This document shows, one piece after another, positions 38,427-53,810 of a stretch of DNA of 64,000 nt. Source of the stretch: Utricularia gibba (taxonomy: Eukaryota > Plantae > Magnoliophyta); NCBI GenBank assembly GCA_002189035.1, contig NEEC01000004.1, positions 5,394,001 through 5,458,000 on the forward strand, in the 5' to 3' direction. The translations under genes and the position numbers were made by a program. The number at the start of each line of letters is the position of its first letter. Positions within the stretch are counted from its first letter, which is position 1. The notes beneath the pieces are model-generated. The model ran no database searches. It worked only from the letters and a program-made list of their open reading frames with translations, and was not told the origin of the DNA.

Positions 38427-39985
38427 ATGATGGGGTCTGTGGTGGCAGAGTTAGAAGGCACCCTCCTGAGGGATCCCAGTGTTTTTTCATACTTCATGTT
38501 GGTCGCTTTTGAGGCGTCTGGGCTGCTGAGATTCGTGCTCTTGCTGCTTCTATGGCCTCTGATTCGCTTACTCGAAGCTTGCGGCAGAGGAGACGATGGA
38601 ATCAGACTAACCATCTTCGTGGCTACCGCGGGTGTTCCTTTTACGGAGGTTGAGAGAGTTTCCAATGCTGTCTTGACGAAGTTTCTGTACGATGACATTG
38701 AAATGGAGGCGTGGAGATTCTTCAGTTCTTACAAGCGCCGCGTCGTTGTAACCAAGATGCCGAGAGTTATGGTTGAGAGGTTTGTGAAGGAGCATTTGAG
38801 CGCAGATTATGTGGTTGGTAGTGAACTTGGAGTTAATCGATTTGGGTTTCTTACTGGGTTTGTCGAGAAGGAGTTCTCTTCTATTTCTGGGAAAGTTTCG
38901 GATTTGTTTAAAGATGAAGAGCCCAGTTTGGGCATGGGGAGGTCCGGCTATGGCGGATCTCTCTTTCTCAACCTCTGTAAAGTACAACTTCCTTCTTTCA
39001 GTTCTGAATTTCGCTTTGTCTTTTTCAAAGAAACTGATTTTCAACTGTTGGCATTTGACAGGAAAAAGTAAATCCCCCATTCGCAGTTCAGAATTCAGTG
39101 GCTGACGACCAAATCGTGAAGCCATTGCCGGTGATTTTCCACGACGGCCGTCTCGTGAAGCGGCCGACTCCGGCAATGGCGCTTTTAATCCTTCTCTGGC
39201 TTCCAATCGGAGTTGTGGTCGCGGCGGGCCGCATAATTCTCGGGCTGCTTCTACCCATGAATGCTCTCCCCGTCCTCGTTCCGTTAATGGGTGGGAAGTT
39301 AGTAGTGAAAGGAACACCTCTGCCGCCGTGCGCGCCGGGGAATCCAGGGTTTCTCTTCGTGTGCACCCACAGAACGCTACTCGACCCGGTGGTTCTTTCC
39401 TACGTTCTTCGACGGCGAATCCCCGCGGTGACATACTCCCTATCCAGGTTCTCGGAGATTCTGGCTCCGATCCCGACGATACGCCTAACCAGAGTCAAGG
39501 AAATCGACGCCGAGACAATTCGAAAAGAGCTAGAAAGAGGTGACCTCGTCGTCTGCCCTGAAGGAACAACCTGCAGAGAGCCATTCCTCCTAAGATTCAG
39601 CGCCCTGTTCGCAGAACTCACAGACAGAATAGTCCCCGTCGCCATCAACAACCGCGCCTCATTCTTCCACGGCACGACGGCGCGTGGGTGGAAAGCACTG
39701 GACGCCATCTTCTTCTTCATGAACCCAAACCCCGCTTACGAAGTCACATTCCTGAACCAGTTGCCCGTCGAAGCCACCTGCGCTTCAGGGAAATCCCCAC
39801 ACGAGGTGGCGAACGCCGTCCAAAAGATACTCGCGGGAACATTAGGTTTCCAGTGCACAAACCTAACAAGGAAAGACAAGTACCGCATCCTCGCCGGCAA
39901 CGACGGTACCGTCGGGCGGAAAAGCATCACGTGCAAAGACGTGGCGACGGCGATGAAGAAGACGATTGGTTGCTTCCGACAATAG
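38427..39985 (+). CDS. GPAT5: Glycerol-3-phosphate acyltransferase (GPAT5/7 suberin clade)
   Basis: Exons 38427-38981 and 39062-39985. ELEGTLL (phosphatase-inactive HAD-like motif), [36 protein letters not shown]. Confidence 0.93.
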
Positions 39986-40353
39986 CTGTAAATTGGTTAT
40001 AAAAAATCAGTGGGTGCCTACAATTTTTTTTGTTATATGATTTTAATGTCCGTTCTGGTCCCTATTCCATTTGCTTGTATCCAACATTTCCTTTCCACGA
40101 ATATACATACAATTAATTGATGCTTTTCATTCTTCACATCAAAATCACATAGGTTTTGTGCATCTGGGTATGTCGCCAGCTGCCCTTTTCATGCTCATAT
40201 TTCTTGATTGGAGGCCCCTTTGTCTTATTCCCATTCCCAGTCCACCACATTAATTATTTTTTCTTTTAAAATTCAGGTATGAAGCCATTTGCGTTTAATT
40301 ATTGGTTTGGAGGCAATAATTATTGAGTTTAATTATTGGGAGCATTATTATTA

Positions 40354-40606
40354 GGACTTGTTTGGTTGATGTGTTTTAGTTATTAGTGGGTTTAGATTAT
40401 TTGGGTTTAATTAAATCTAAATATGTAGGTATAAAAATACTCATATCCTTACTTGGGTATATATATATCCATATATGATTATATTATATGGGTATGTATA
40501 AAATGATTATTATACTCATGTATAAAGTATAATTATACCCACATACCAAACAACATAATTTTAGTAAATCTATCATAAACCAAACTTATACCCTCATATC
40601 AAACAA
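40354..40606. mobile_element. Possible degenerate Tourist-like MITE
   Basis: TTA|GGACTTGTTTGGTTG at the left, CATATCAAACAAC at the right, AT-rich interior with GGGTAT/ATACCC inverted symmetry. TIR match is imperfect. Confidence 0.3.
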
Positions 40607-41949
40607 CTAATTAGAGTTTTTGTGGGGGAGTTTTGCTATGTTGCCACCCCATCTCTTGACCACAGAAAAATGCTGACTTCCGGACAAAGGCCCAAGTGTG
40701 TGGGTTGTGGGAAGTGCCCTGACCGCTTGCCGGGAGAGCAGGTTGAGGTTACACGTAGGATCGAGTGTCGGGCGAGGCCAAGTGTGGTCGGGATGAGGAT
40801 AGATCCGATGCACCACCACTTTTATCTCTACGTTATATACTCTGTATGTGGGTATGACTGGTTTTATTTGTTATATAGTATGATCAAAATTTTACACGTA
40901 TAATGATCATTTTTTTCTTATATTTAAAATACAGTGATCATTTTTGTAATATATACCAATGGATAAGGAGAAAGCCATTGTCGAGCACTTTGATTTGGTG
41001 ATGATGATTCCCACATTGCACACATGCCTTTCCTTTTCGATGGCTGGTTGCATGTCATGAGGATGGATCACACAATTGCAGAATGCGGGGCTTAGTCTGA
41101 TTAAGAATGGACAGGGAATGTATGTAAATAGAATAAATTTTTTCTTTAATTTGATACTATATTTCATTTTTAAAAATATAAAATGTAAAATTATGATGAT
41201 TAAATATTAGGATAGTGAAATGTGTTTTATAGATAAATTTGATATCAATTATGAACTATATAAAAAAAATAAATAAAATTATCATATAAATTGCATATGA
41301 TAATTTTTTCTCAAAAATAAAAAATATTGATGAGCCTTAAATCGATATATGTAGCGTGGAGGTGCGTTTGGAAGGTACTCTTCAATCTCTGATTAAATCG
41401 ATCACTCTCCAGTGAAATACATCAAAAATGGTACCAAAGAAGGATCTTGACAACGAACGACAAATTGATAAATGTTAGAATTCGATTTGATCGATCTCTT
41501 TTATAAATATAAGGAAATCTGAGAAATAAGAGATTGGACTTTAAACATTCTTACTTGTACCTCTCTTGTTCTCATTGTTAGTGAAACCATTTTTTTGGTG
41601 AAATTCAACAATTCTGCAATTTTTCTGTTTTACGACAATTTCCATGATCCATGTGACTTTGCATTTTTCTTGCTCTCGCCATCATCTTAAAATCTGCATA
41701 TCCCAAACCGGATCCCGCCAAGCTCTATTCGCGATCGACATCCGGTTAAAACTAATCAGACCAATTTTCGATCTTAACAAATATAAAATTTTATAAATTG
41801 AATATTTAAAATAAATAATAGAAAGGATGGTGCACAAATCACAATGGGAACAAGGGCCGGGCCGGCCCAAAGATAACTATGTGCAACGAGGGAAGCTTTT
41901 ACAAGGAAAGGGGAGGGACACGACCCATGGTATGGTACGGAAGATGAGT

Positions 41950-43780
41950 TCATTCGAATCTGTACAGGCAGCTACCATCATCGCTTCTCGCGGTGGGATC
42001 GAAATTGGCGGCTACGGGATCGGTGCAACCTTCCGGCACCGGAACCTGGACCTGTTGAGCAGCCTTACCTACACCGGGAACCGCAAGAGGTTACCGTTTC
42101 CGTTGCTGCGTCGAAAATATGGAAGGCGGATAAGCTGAACTAACCGTAGAAGGTTCCCCTCTCGATGGCGTCCTTGTTGGCGTCTCCTAGAGCAGCTTCG
42201 CTCAGATACTGGTCGGCGAGCTGGACCCGTTTCACATTCTCCTGCTCCTGCACCAGCATGTTGCCGTATTCCAGAAGCTTCTCCAGCGTCATCTGCGGCT
42301 GATTAAATGTCGGCGGCCCTTCCCTCGAGTTCACGAGCTTTTTCCCGATGCTATCGACGCCGACCTCGGCGACCCATTTTCTCACCTCGTCGTCGTATAC
42401 TCTTGCTCTCAGGGCGCCGAAGAAATCTGTGAATTAACTGCTTTGTTATTCAATTGAAACGGCGGGCGAATCAATGGGAAGATGGGAAGAATGGGGTCAC
42501 CGATAGATTGGCCGGGGAAGGTGTCGACGAGGGTGATAATGGCGGATTCCGGAATATTGTCCGATCGGAAAATTCCCGTGCAAACTCCGATTCTGTCTTC
42601 TCTGGTAGGCGCCCAATAGAATTTCTCCATACGTCCGTCGCGGATGAGTGGAGCGTAGAGGGTGGAGAAATCGTTGCCGGTGACGATGATCGGGACCCTG
42701 GGATTCTCCTCCTTGTTGTACATTCCGGGGAGCTGCACGTTTGTCGGATTATCCGCTATATTCATCAGTGTAGCGTTCACCATCTGGTTATTCACCGTAT
42801 ACTGTGTTGTGCCGCCGAGGCGCCCCGCGCCGGCGTCGAGATCATTGATAAAGAGACAGCACATTTTCCCTTTCTTGATTATATCCGCCGCCTCCCTGTA
42901 CCTCTGCCTTATCAGCTTCGCCGGCTCGCCGGCGTTGCCGCTCTCCAATTCTCCAGCGCTCATCATGATTGGGCTAGAGGTCCCAGTTCAGTAACACAAC
43001 AAATTCAGTTCTTGAATTTCCAGAATTTGAATCAGAACAGCAGGAACGGAAGAGTGTACTCACTTGATCCCCATCTTGGAAAAAACAAGCTCACATTGGA
43101 ATGACTTTCCCTGTCCTTTGCCTCCCCAGATACCCAGAATGAGGGGGACCTGTCAAAAGAAAGGAGCATTACAATCCCAGAGAAGCTTTGGCACATCACT
43201 CCGCCCCCCATGACTGTAAAAACATCAACCTTGATGTTGGGCAAGCTCATGTAGTTCTTGGAAATATGAACAACGAGTTTATCCAAGAAAGCAGGGGCTA
43301 TGTAGTAACCACTCATCATGTTATCCATCTTGTATTCACGGAGACCTTGGCTGATGTACTCATAGGAGCTGAGGATGGCATCGTGAGTTCCCGTTCCCGT
43401 CGGCCCTTGAAAGATCGAATCCACCATGCCGTATCCTCTGCCGATATCCTGCTGATCATCAGAGATGTCGGTTACAAGCCCCTTCCATCTATCCGTATCC
43501 GTCTGCTTATCCTCATCGCCCTCCGGAACCGCCTCCGCCACCACCCTGAACCCGCCTGAGGCGCTTTTCGGCGCGCATCCGAAGCTCAGGTTCCTGAGAC
43601 TGCTACCCAGAAAGGATGATGGACTGCGCAAGGCTACCAAACCGGATCCATTTTGCTTCAACTACATCAAGATACTGCTGGTATGAAAGTCTGGTGACTT
43701 TTAAAGCAAAAGAAATAAAAGGACCGCAGCCTTACCGCTACCCAGTTGACAACTCCGATGGTTGAGACGGCGGTCGGCAT
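41950..43780 (-). CDS. RCA: Rubisco activase (alpha form with redox C-terminal extension)
   Basis: Exons 43780-43736, 43661-43230, 43149-43064, 42973-42501, 42426-42145, 42068-41950. Walker [35 protein letters not shown], extension [21 protein letters not shown]. Confidence 0.97.
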
Positions 43781-44044
43781 TCTATCTGGAATTGGGTTAT
43801 CCGATCCAGTTGGAAGATGAAGTAACAAGAAGGCAAGGTTTGTGGTGGATATAACCGTGGAACGCAGTGTGGCCACACAATACGGATTGAAAGGATATTG
43901 CACACTTTTCGGCCATATCCAATTGAGGACATGGAGTGGGCCCTGCTTAACAAAAAGATAGGGTGGGCCCAATCTCTTGTCGGAAGCCCACATCTGCAGT
44001 GAGGGCGCAGCCCAACACCACCCATTCGATTCTGAGCGCTCATT

Positions 44045-44054
44045 GTCACGTGAC
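44045..44054. promoter_or_regulatory. Palindromic G-box (GTCACGTGAC) in the RCA/JMJ divergent promoter
   Basis: CACGTG core about 265 bp upstream of the RCA ATG; G-boxes are typical of light-regulated promoters. Confidence 0.45.
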
Positions 44055-45038
44055 CGCCGTTCTTTAATTGACCGAAAGACGAGAAAGCAATTATCCGGAC
44101 AGCTGATGCCCATACACTGTTTCATCTGTCCCCACAGAAATGCGCTATTTTATTGTGATTAATTTTTTATTTAATTACATTAATTCCAGGGGTTAATCTT
44201 TTGTAGTTTTTTTTCAATGGAAAATTGATCTATTGCAGTTAGAAATTTGTAATGTTGGTTGGGGTTAGGGGAGGTGGTTTAGAGGAGGGGAGAAGGCGCA
44301 CGTGGTTTTGAGGGAAAACCATCGTAACTGTAACTGTGGGAATTTCGTGCGGAGAGATAATGGGAAACATGGGGTGCCCCTGGTTTTGGACGTTTTCTTA
44401 AGGGTAGCTAAAAAAGAAGTGTCTTGCTTTACTTACAGGATTGTTTGGTACTGCATGGTTAGAGATGGAAATTTTCTAGGGTGTGTGGTCTCTGGCCCTT
44501 ACATGATGTATAAGTGCTTAACGTGGGATTTTTCATGACTTGATCTGGATATTGGGCATCGTGTGTTTTGTTGTACGTTGCTTTGATACGTTTATTGTGA
44601 TGCTGTTGCCAAAAAGTCAAATTTGTGGGGGAAAAACTTAGGGTTCGTCTCTGATCTAGTAGTGTTCAGTGTTCACACCCTTTCTAAGCGTTGACCATTT
44701 GGTTATGATTTTCAGGATATCTGGATGCAGTGATTTACCAGCATTGAGAGGCAGAAGATCAATGACACTATCTTGATTGATTGTAGGTTTTCGAGTCAGT
44801 TTTTTGTATCGTAATTGTGGTTGATCTGCTTTCATACGCTATCTGATCTGCCTATGAAGTTGCTGATTCGTTTTACGAGTGTGTCTGTGACGTTTTTTAT
44901 GAGATGCATGGAGCAAAAATTTTATGTGTTTATTTTGTTGATCATTGGATAATTCCACCTGAGATCTCTTGTTATTGTTTTGGTTAAATTTGGCTCTTGA
45001 CACCTGTTATTTCTACCTTGGTTTTAATGTCAGTGAAG

Positions 45039-48803
<3,765 letters not shown>

Positions 48804-49560
48804 CAACGACTCCAGATAGTATTCATGTTCATGCTGATTCTCTTGAGATAATTCCTTCCACCTCCTGATGAGATGTTTGAATCTGCAGCATTTTCTACAT
48901 TTAAAGAGCTGTACACTGTAGACTACTACTTTTTTTTTTTTCCCTTTTAGTGAGGTATGGGCACACACAAATGAAGGTAATTCTCAAAAGTGAAAGGTAG
49001 AAGAGTTTTCAGGAACAATGAATGATGTCTTCAGTGAGACAAAAGAACCAGGAAAACCTTCGGCCTGAGGTCGTGGGCCTTTCTAAAAAATGACACAAAG
49101 GCTGCTGAGTAATTAAGTGGGCTCTGATTGGCCCTTTTACGTAGGAGCATCCGCCCAAATAAACACATGGCCCTACCCAGCCCAGTAGATATGATGGGGG
49201 CTGGTACACCGGATTTGAAAGCTTCTCCCCGGTTTTGATGTCATCGACGATATTGCGATGTGTTGAACTTCCAATTTTCAAGTTTTTGATCAGTTTTTCT
49301 TTTTTTCAACTTGAGTAGCGGTTTTTTTTTTTCTAAAGGAGCAGTGATTTCAGTGTGAACAGAAACGTTCACGCCCGTTTCCAAGACGACCGTCGGAAGA
49401 CAACTCAGCGAAAAAGACGAAGGTGGTTATTCTCTTGTTTCTGTTTTGTGTAAGGAGATTGGGGTGAAGGTGCAGAAGGGTTCTGGAGAACCGCCCTGGT
49501 TTTTCAGCCGTCGGGATTTTCTAGCGAGCTTCTTGAATTGTCCCTAGGCGTGGAATTACA

Positions 49561-50795
49561 ATGCTGAAATTCTGGGTGTAGGGGCTTCATTTGTTTCGTG
49601 TTGCTACGTTACATGCTTTCATTATGTAGGCTTCAGATGTGCCTGTTGGTTTTCAGCGTTCGGAAGAAGCTTATGTTACGCTTTTGTATGGAGATGAATT
49701 TATGCTCGGAGTACGGGTTCTGGGAAAGTCCGTTCGGGATTCGGGCTCCGAAAAGGATGCGGTTGCTCTGACTTCCGATGGAGTTTCCGATTATGCTAAA
49801 AAGTTGCTTCAGGAATCAGGTACTCTTATGAGTATTCGTCATTTGCGTATTCGTCATCATGTTCCCATATGTTGCTTTTTTTTTCATCAGATTCGAGCTC
49901 TTTGATCATACTAATTACCTATACCATAAGCTGACAACTGGTGGTTGGCGGGTGAGCTCCTTTGCCAATGGCTCCAATCGACAAGTATGCTGCGTCTGCT
50001 ACTTTGTTTTAGCTTGTGAAAACATTCTTCATACCATTTGATGTTGTATTTCCTCGATTGTTATCATTGTTAGGTCCTTATCTGCATCTATGTATCAAAA
50101 TGCAGCTTGCAGATGGAGCTCAGATTAAGATCCCCATTTTTCTTGGGGCAGTGTTAGTGGCTGTTTGTTTCATGACCGTTCTAGTGTCCCTTGTACTGTC
50201 CCTTATAATTGTTCCCCGGCAACTCATGCCATGGACTGGCTTTCTCCTCTTGTATGAATGGACATACATACATTTCTCCCTTCTCTTCGGAACTTACTTG
50301 CATGATGTCCGGCAGTGGGGAAAGCACATGGCGAACAGGAGCGCCTTCACGGCCTGAATCTTCAGATTATGACTCTGGGAAGGGTATATCTACCCACTAC
50401 TAAAACCCATGTTGACTGTCGTATCTAATGCATGAATATCCATTCATTCAGGCGTACGTCATTTCTCATCTTGTGATTCGGCTGCATGCTATTACGGGTG
50501 GGGATGGCATCTCTCGCCATTGTGGTTCCTCTTTTCCCTTCTCTAATGGGATTTAATGCAGTATTTGTAAGGTAATCTTTTACTTTCTATCATCATCTTA
50601 TGAGATTTGATTCGGATACATCCTGCGAACCAACATGTGTCCCACATATTGAGCATGGTTGACAGGCTAGGCATGATGGTAACAGGAGGCGTCGTCTTCG
50701 CTTCCTTCTTGGCCTACAAATCGGATTACCTTTCAATCCGAGCATTTTTTTGCGGGGCCGGAGTTTGCTGTGCTGGCTTTAGCCTCTCCGTGTAG
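49561..50795 (+). pseudogene. IPUT1: IPUT1/PGSIP6 (GT8 IPC glucuronosyltransferase) pseudogene
   Basis: SEEAYVTLLYGDEFMLGVRVLGKS and TM tail IVPRQLMPWTG..YEWT / RLGMMV are recognisable. In-frame TAG at 49579 and 49627, catalytic exons absent, further frameshifts near 50340 and 50500. Confidence 0.85.
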
Positions 50796-50822
50796 CCCTC
50801 ACAAGAGACTGGCCCCATGCTT

Positions 50823-50914
50823 GTGCTGATCCCTGCCCATCTCAATACCGCTACGAGGAATGCAATACCATAGCTGCAAATCCAGGTGCTGATCCCTGTC
50901 CATCTCAGACCGCT
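50823..50914 (+). repeat. ~30-bp direct repeat pair
   Basis: GTGCTGATCCCTGCCCATCTCAATACCGCT (50823) vs GTGCTGATCCCTGTCCATCTCAGACCGCT (50886). Confidence 0.8.
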
Positions 50915-52151
50915 TGTTCTCCATCACCAAAACGTGTCATTATCCAGAAGTTAAAGCGTTTTGTTACCTTCTAATCAGTGATCAGTGGTGGGTCTTAGTT
51001 TGAGATAAGAGCAAGCCAGCTTACGTTCTCTAATTCAGCTTGTAGCTACGCAATGATGAAGCCCACTTGCAGCCCTTTTCCTCCATGTCTGCATAGGTGT
51101 GTTTTGCTCAGTTTATGGGATACCCTTTGTCACCCTCGAGGTACACTGTCGCACAAACTCGAGGGAGATGACAAGAAGAAAGAACCGTATCAGAAAGAAG
51201 ATGCAACAGTTGCAGAGCCCGTATCAGTGCTACTTCCAGGAAGTACCAACTGCTGTCACGTAGATGAATCATCCTTTTGAGCCGCTGGGGGCCATGAGGT
51301 TGCTTGCCTCTCCTCCCATGTGCACTACTTGATGAAGGCAGGGTCTTGTCCATGAGTCCAACATCTAATGTGACCTTTTTTTATCCCTCTGATCACGGCG
51401 AAGTAGTCTCCAATCTGAATGATTTTCAACTTAGAAAAAAAATTCATAAAATTTAAACTAACAATCAAAGAATTTGCTTAAACTAATTTTTTTTATTCTA
51501 ATAATGTGGGTTCCGGAGTTCGTGGATTCCGCTCAGGAGTTAAAAATGTGGGGGACCGTGAACTGTCCAAGCGTCGACCTGGAGTAAAAGCTTTGACTGT
51601 AGCATTTTTCTCAGCCATAAATAATATTAATTAATATTACTACTATTTTTTATCATAAAAATACTTAACTTCAATTTCATTCAATTATTCAATTTATAAG
51701 TCGTCTGTATTTTAAATAGTATCAGATTGCAAATTACTAGTATTAATATTAGGAAATGTACTTTTTTTAATACGTAGTAATCAGCAGCGTCATTGGTTGA
51801 TATTGTTGTGCGACTGCAGGGCAGAATTTGAATTCAATTGTGCACTGCGGGGACCGATTTAATGGCTTGAAAATGGAACGAAGCGGTTAATCTTTCAAAG
51901 TGACAATTTGATATTTTGATTCTGAATCAAGAATTTGTGGGCGTGAGAGCGTCGAGGCTGGTAAAACGAGACGTGGCGGAGTATCATGCACTGGACATAT
52001 TCCGTACCCTACGTAATGGCCCACGCAGACGAAGGCGCCCCCACGAATATTCCTTCGGAGATGCTGTTCCCTAACAACGTGCTCTCCCTCTCTATATAAC
52101 GGGGTTTATCCCTCTGAATCCGACGAATCGAATAGACGATCCAGAAATCAA

Positions 52152-53053
52152 ATGCTCGACTGCGGAACCCTAGAGAAGGACTACAGACTGTGCGAAGAGC
52201 TCGGCCGCGGTCGCTTCGGCGTCGTCTACCGGTGCTACTCCTTCGCGGCCGAAGATTTCTTCGCCTGCAAGTCTATCCACAAGCCTTCGCTCTCATCGGA
52301 TCCCGTCGATCGCCAGTGCGTCGACACGGAGCCTAAGATCTTGAGTTTGCTCACAGGTTGCCCGAATGTTCTGAACCTCCATGCCTTGTATGAGAACGAC
52401 GAGTACGTTCACATAGTCACAGATCTCTGCGACGGAGGCGATTTGTACGATCGTCTCTCCTGCGGCGAGCGCTTCTCCGAGGCCGAAGCCGCCGCGGTTT
52501 TCAAGCAAGTGATGGTCGCAATTGCTTGTTGCCACCGTCTAGGAGTGGCGCACCGGGATATCAAACCGGATAATATCTTGTTTGATTCCAGGGGAAGGGT
52601 GAAATTAGGTGATTTCGGATCCGCGGAACTGTTTGGTGTTACGGAGATAACTGGAATCGTAGGAACGCCGTACTACGTGGCTCCCGAGGTGTTGATGGGA
52701 TACGAATACAACGAGAAAGTTGATGTTTGGAGTGCCGGCGTGATTTTGTACATTATGCTCGCCGGTGTTGCTCCTTTTTACGGAGAGGGGCCGGCGGAGA
52801 TATTCCAGGATGTTCTCCGTGGAACTCTGAGATTTCCACCAAAGATTTTCAGATCTGTATCGCCTGAGGCTAAGGATCTGTTGAGAAAAATGATCTGTAG
52901 AGACGTATCCCGTAGACTCTCTGCAGAGCAAGTTCTCAGTAAGTGTTCAGTTCTTCAATTCTCTTCCTCCATGTCTGCTGTCCTCTGTTCTCAAAACTTG
53001 GAGCTCAATTTTCAGGGCATCCATGGCTGACATCAATGCCCCAAGCAGCATAA
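52152..53053 (+). CDS. PPCK: Phosphoenolpyruvate carboxylase kinase
   Basis: Minimal Ca-independent kinase (ELGRGRFG, HRDIKPDN, DFG, GTPYYVAPE) with a single intron 52939-53015 near the C-terminus, ending RHPWLTSMPQAA*. Confidence 0.93.
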
Positions 53054-53810
53054 AGCAAGTGGATATTATCCGGAAGCAAATGAAACAACAACAACCAACC
53101 AACACGTGGAGCAGGACGCGTCTGGGGAGGAATCGTGTGAAGGAAGACAGGAACGAGCTCTGAGTCGCTGGGGTGGGTCTGCTTTCGGATGTACGGTCGA
53201 GATCATGTTTTGCCGATGGGAAAATAAATAAATAATAGTAAAAATAGGCGTTGGGTACGGTAGTATAGTTTCCTTCCGTCTCATCATGCTTTTTTTTTTC
53301 ATACTGACGTTCAACCCAGCATATGGAGTGTGTTTTAAAGCTTGATGTGTGTGTTTTGAATAATTATGATATATTAATTATGGGGGAAAAAGGTCGTTAT
53401 ATAATTGCAACGACTTATGTAAACATAGGGGCCCACTTCGCCCGTACTTCAGATGTTTCTAGAATTAGGCGGTTCGAACGTTAACACGAACTGACACCTC
53501 TAAACCAGGACTTTTTACGTTTTGAATTTTCAAAAGGATCCACCATTGAATGTTGAATATTGATAGTAGTAGAGAGCTAGTGAGCGTACACATTACTATT
53601 TCTTATTCCCTAGTGGGCTGGGAGGTGAACACCGAGAGGAGACATGAACATGGGCTGGATCGCGTGGGCCTGTGGAGAGTATGTTCATGGGCCGACTATA
53701 ACCTTTATACTGATATATTTTTTGAGCAGGGGGTTCAACAACTGGTTGATATTTCCCACGCACCGTTGTGATCAGATAACGTTTTTAGTACACTCCGCCG
53801 GCGTTTAACC

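Noticed and set aside
38427-38460. Loss of the HAD phosphatase DxD motif in GPAT (ELEGT)
   Set aside because: Known property of the GPAT5/7 clade, not novel
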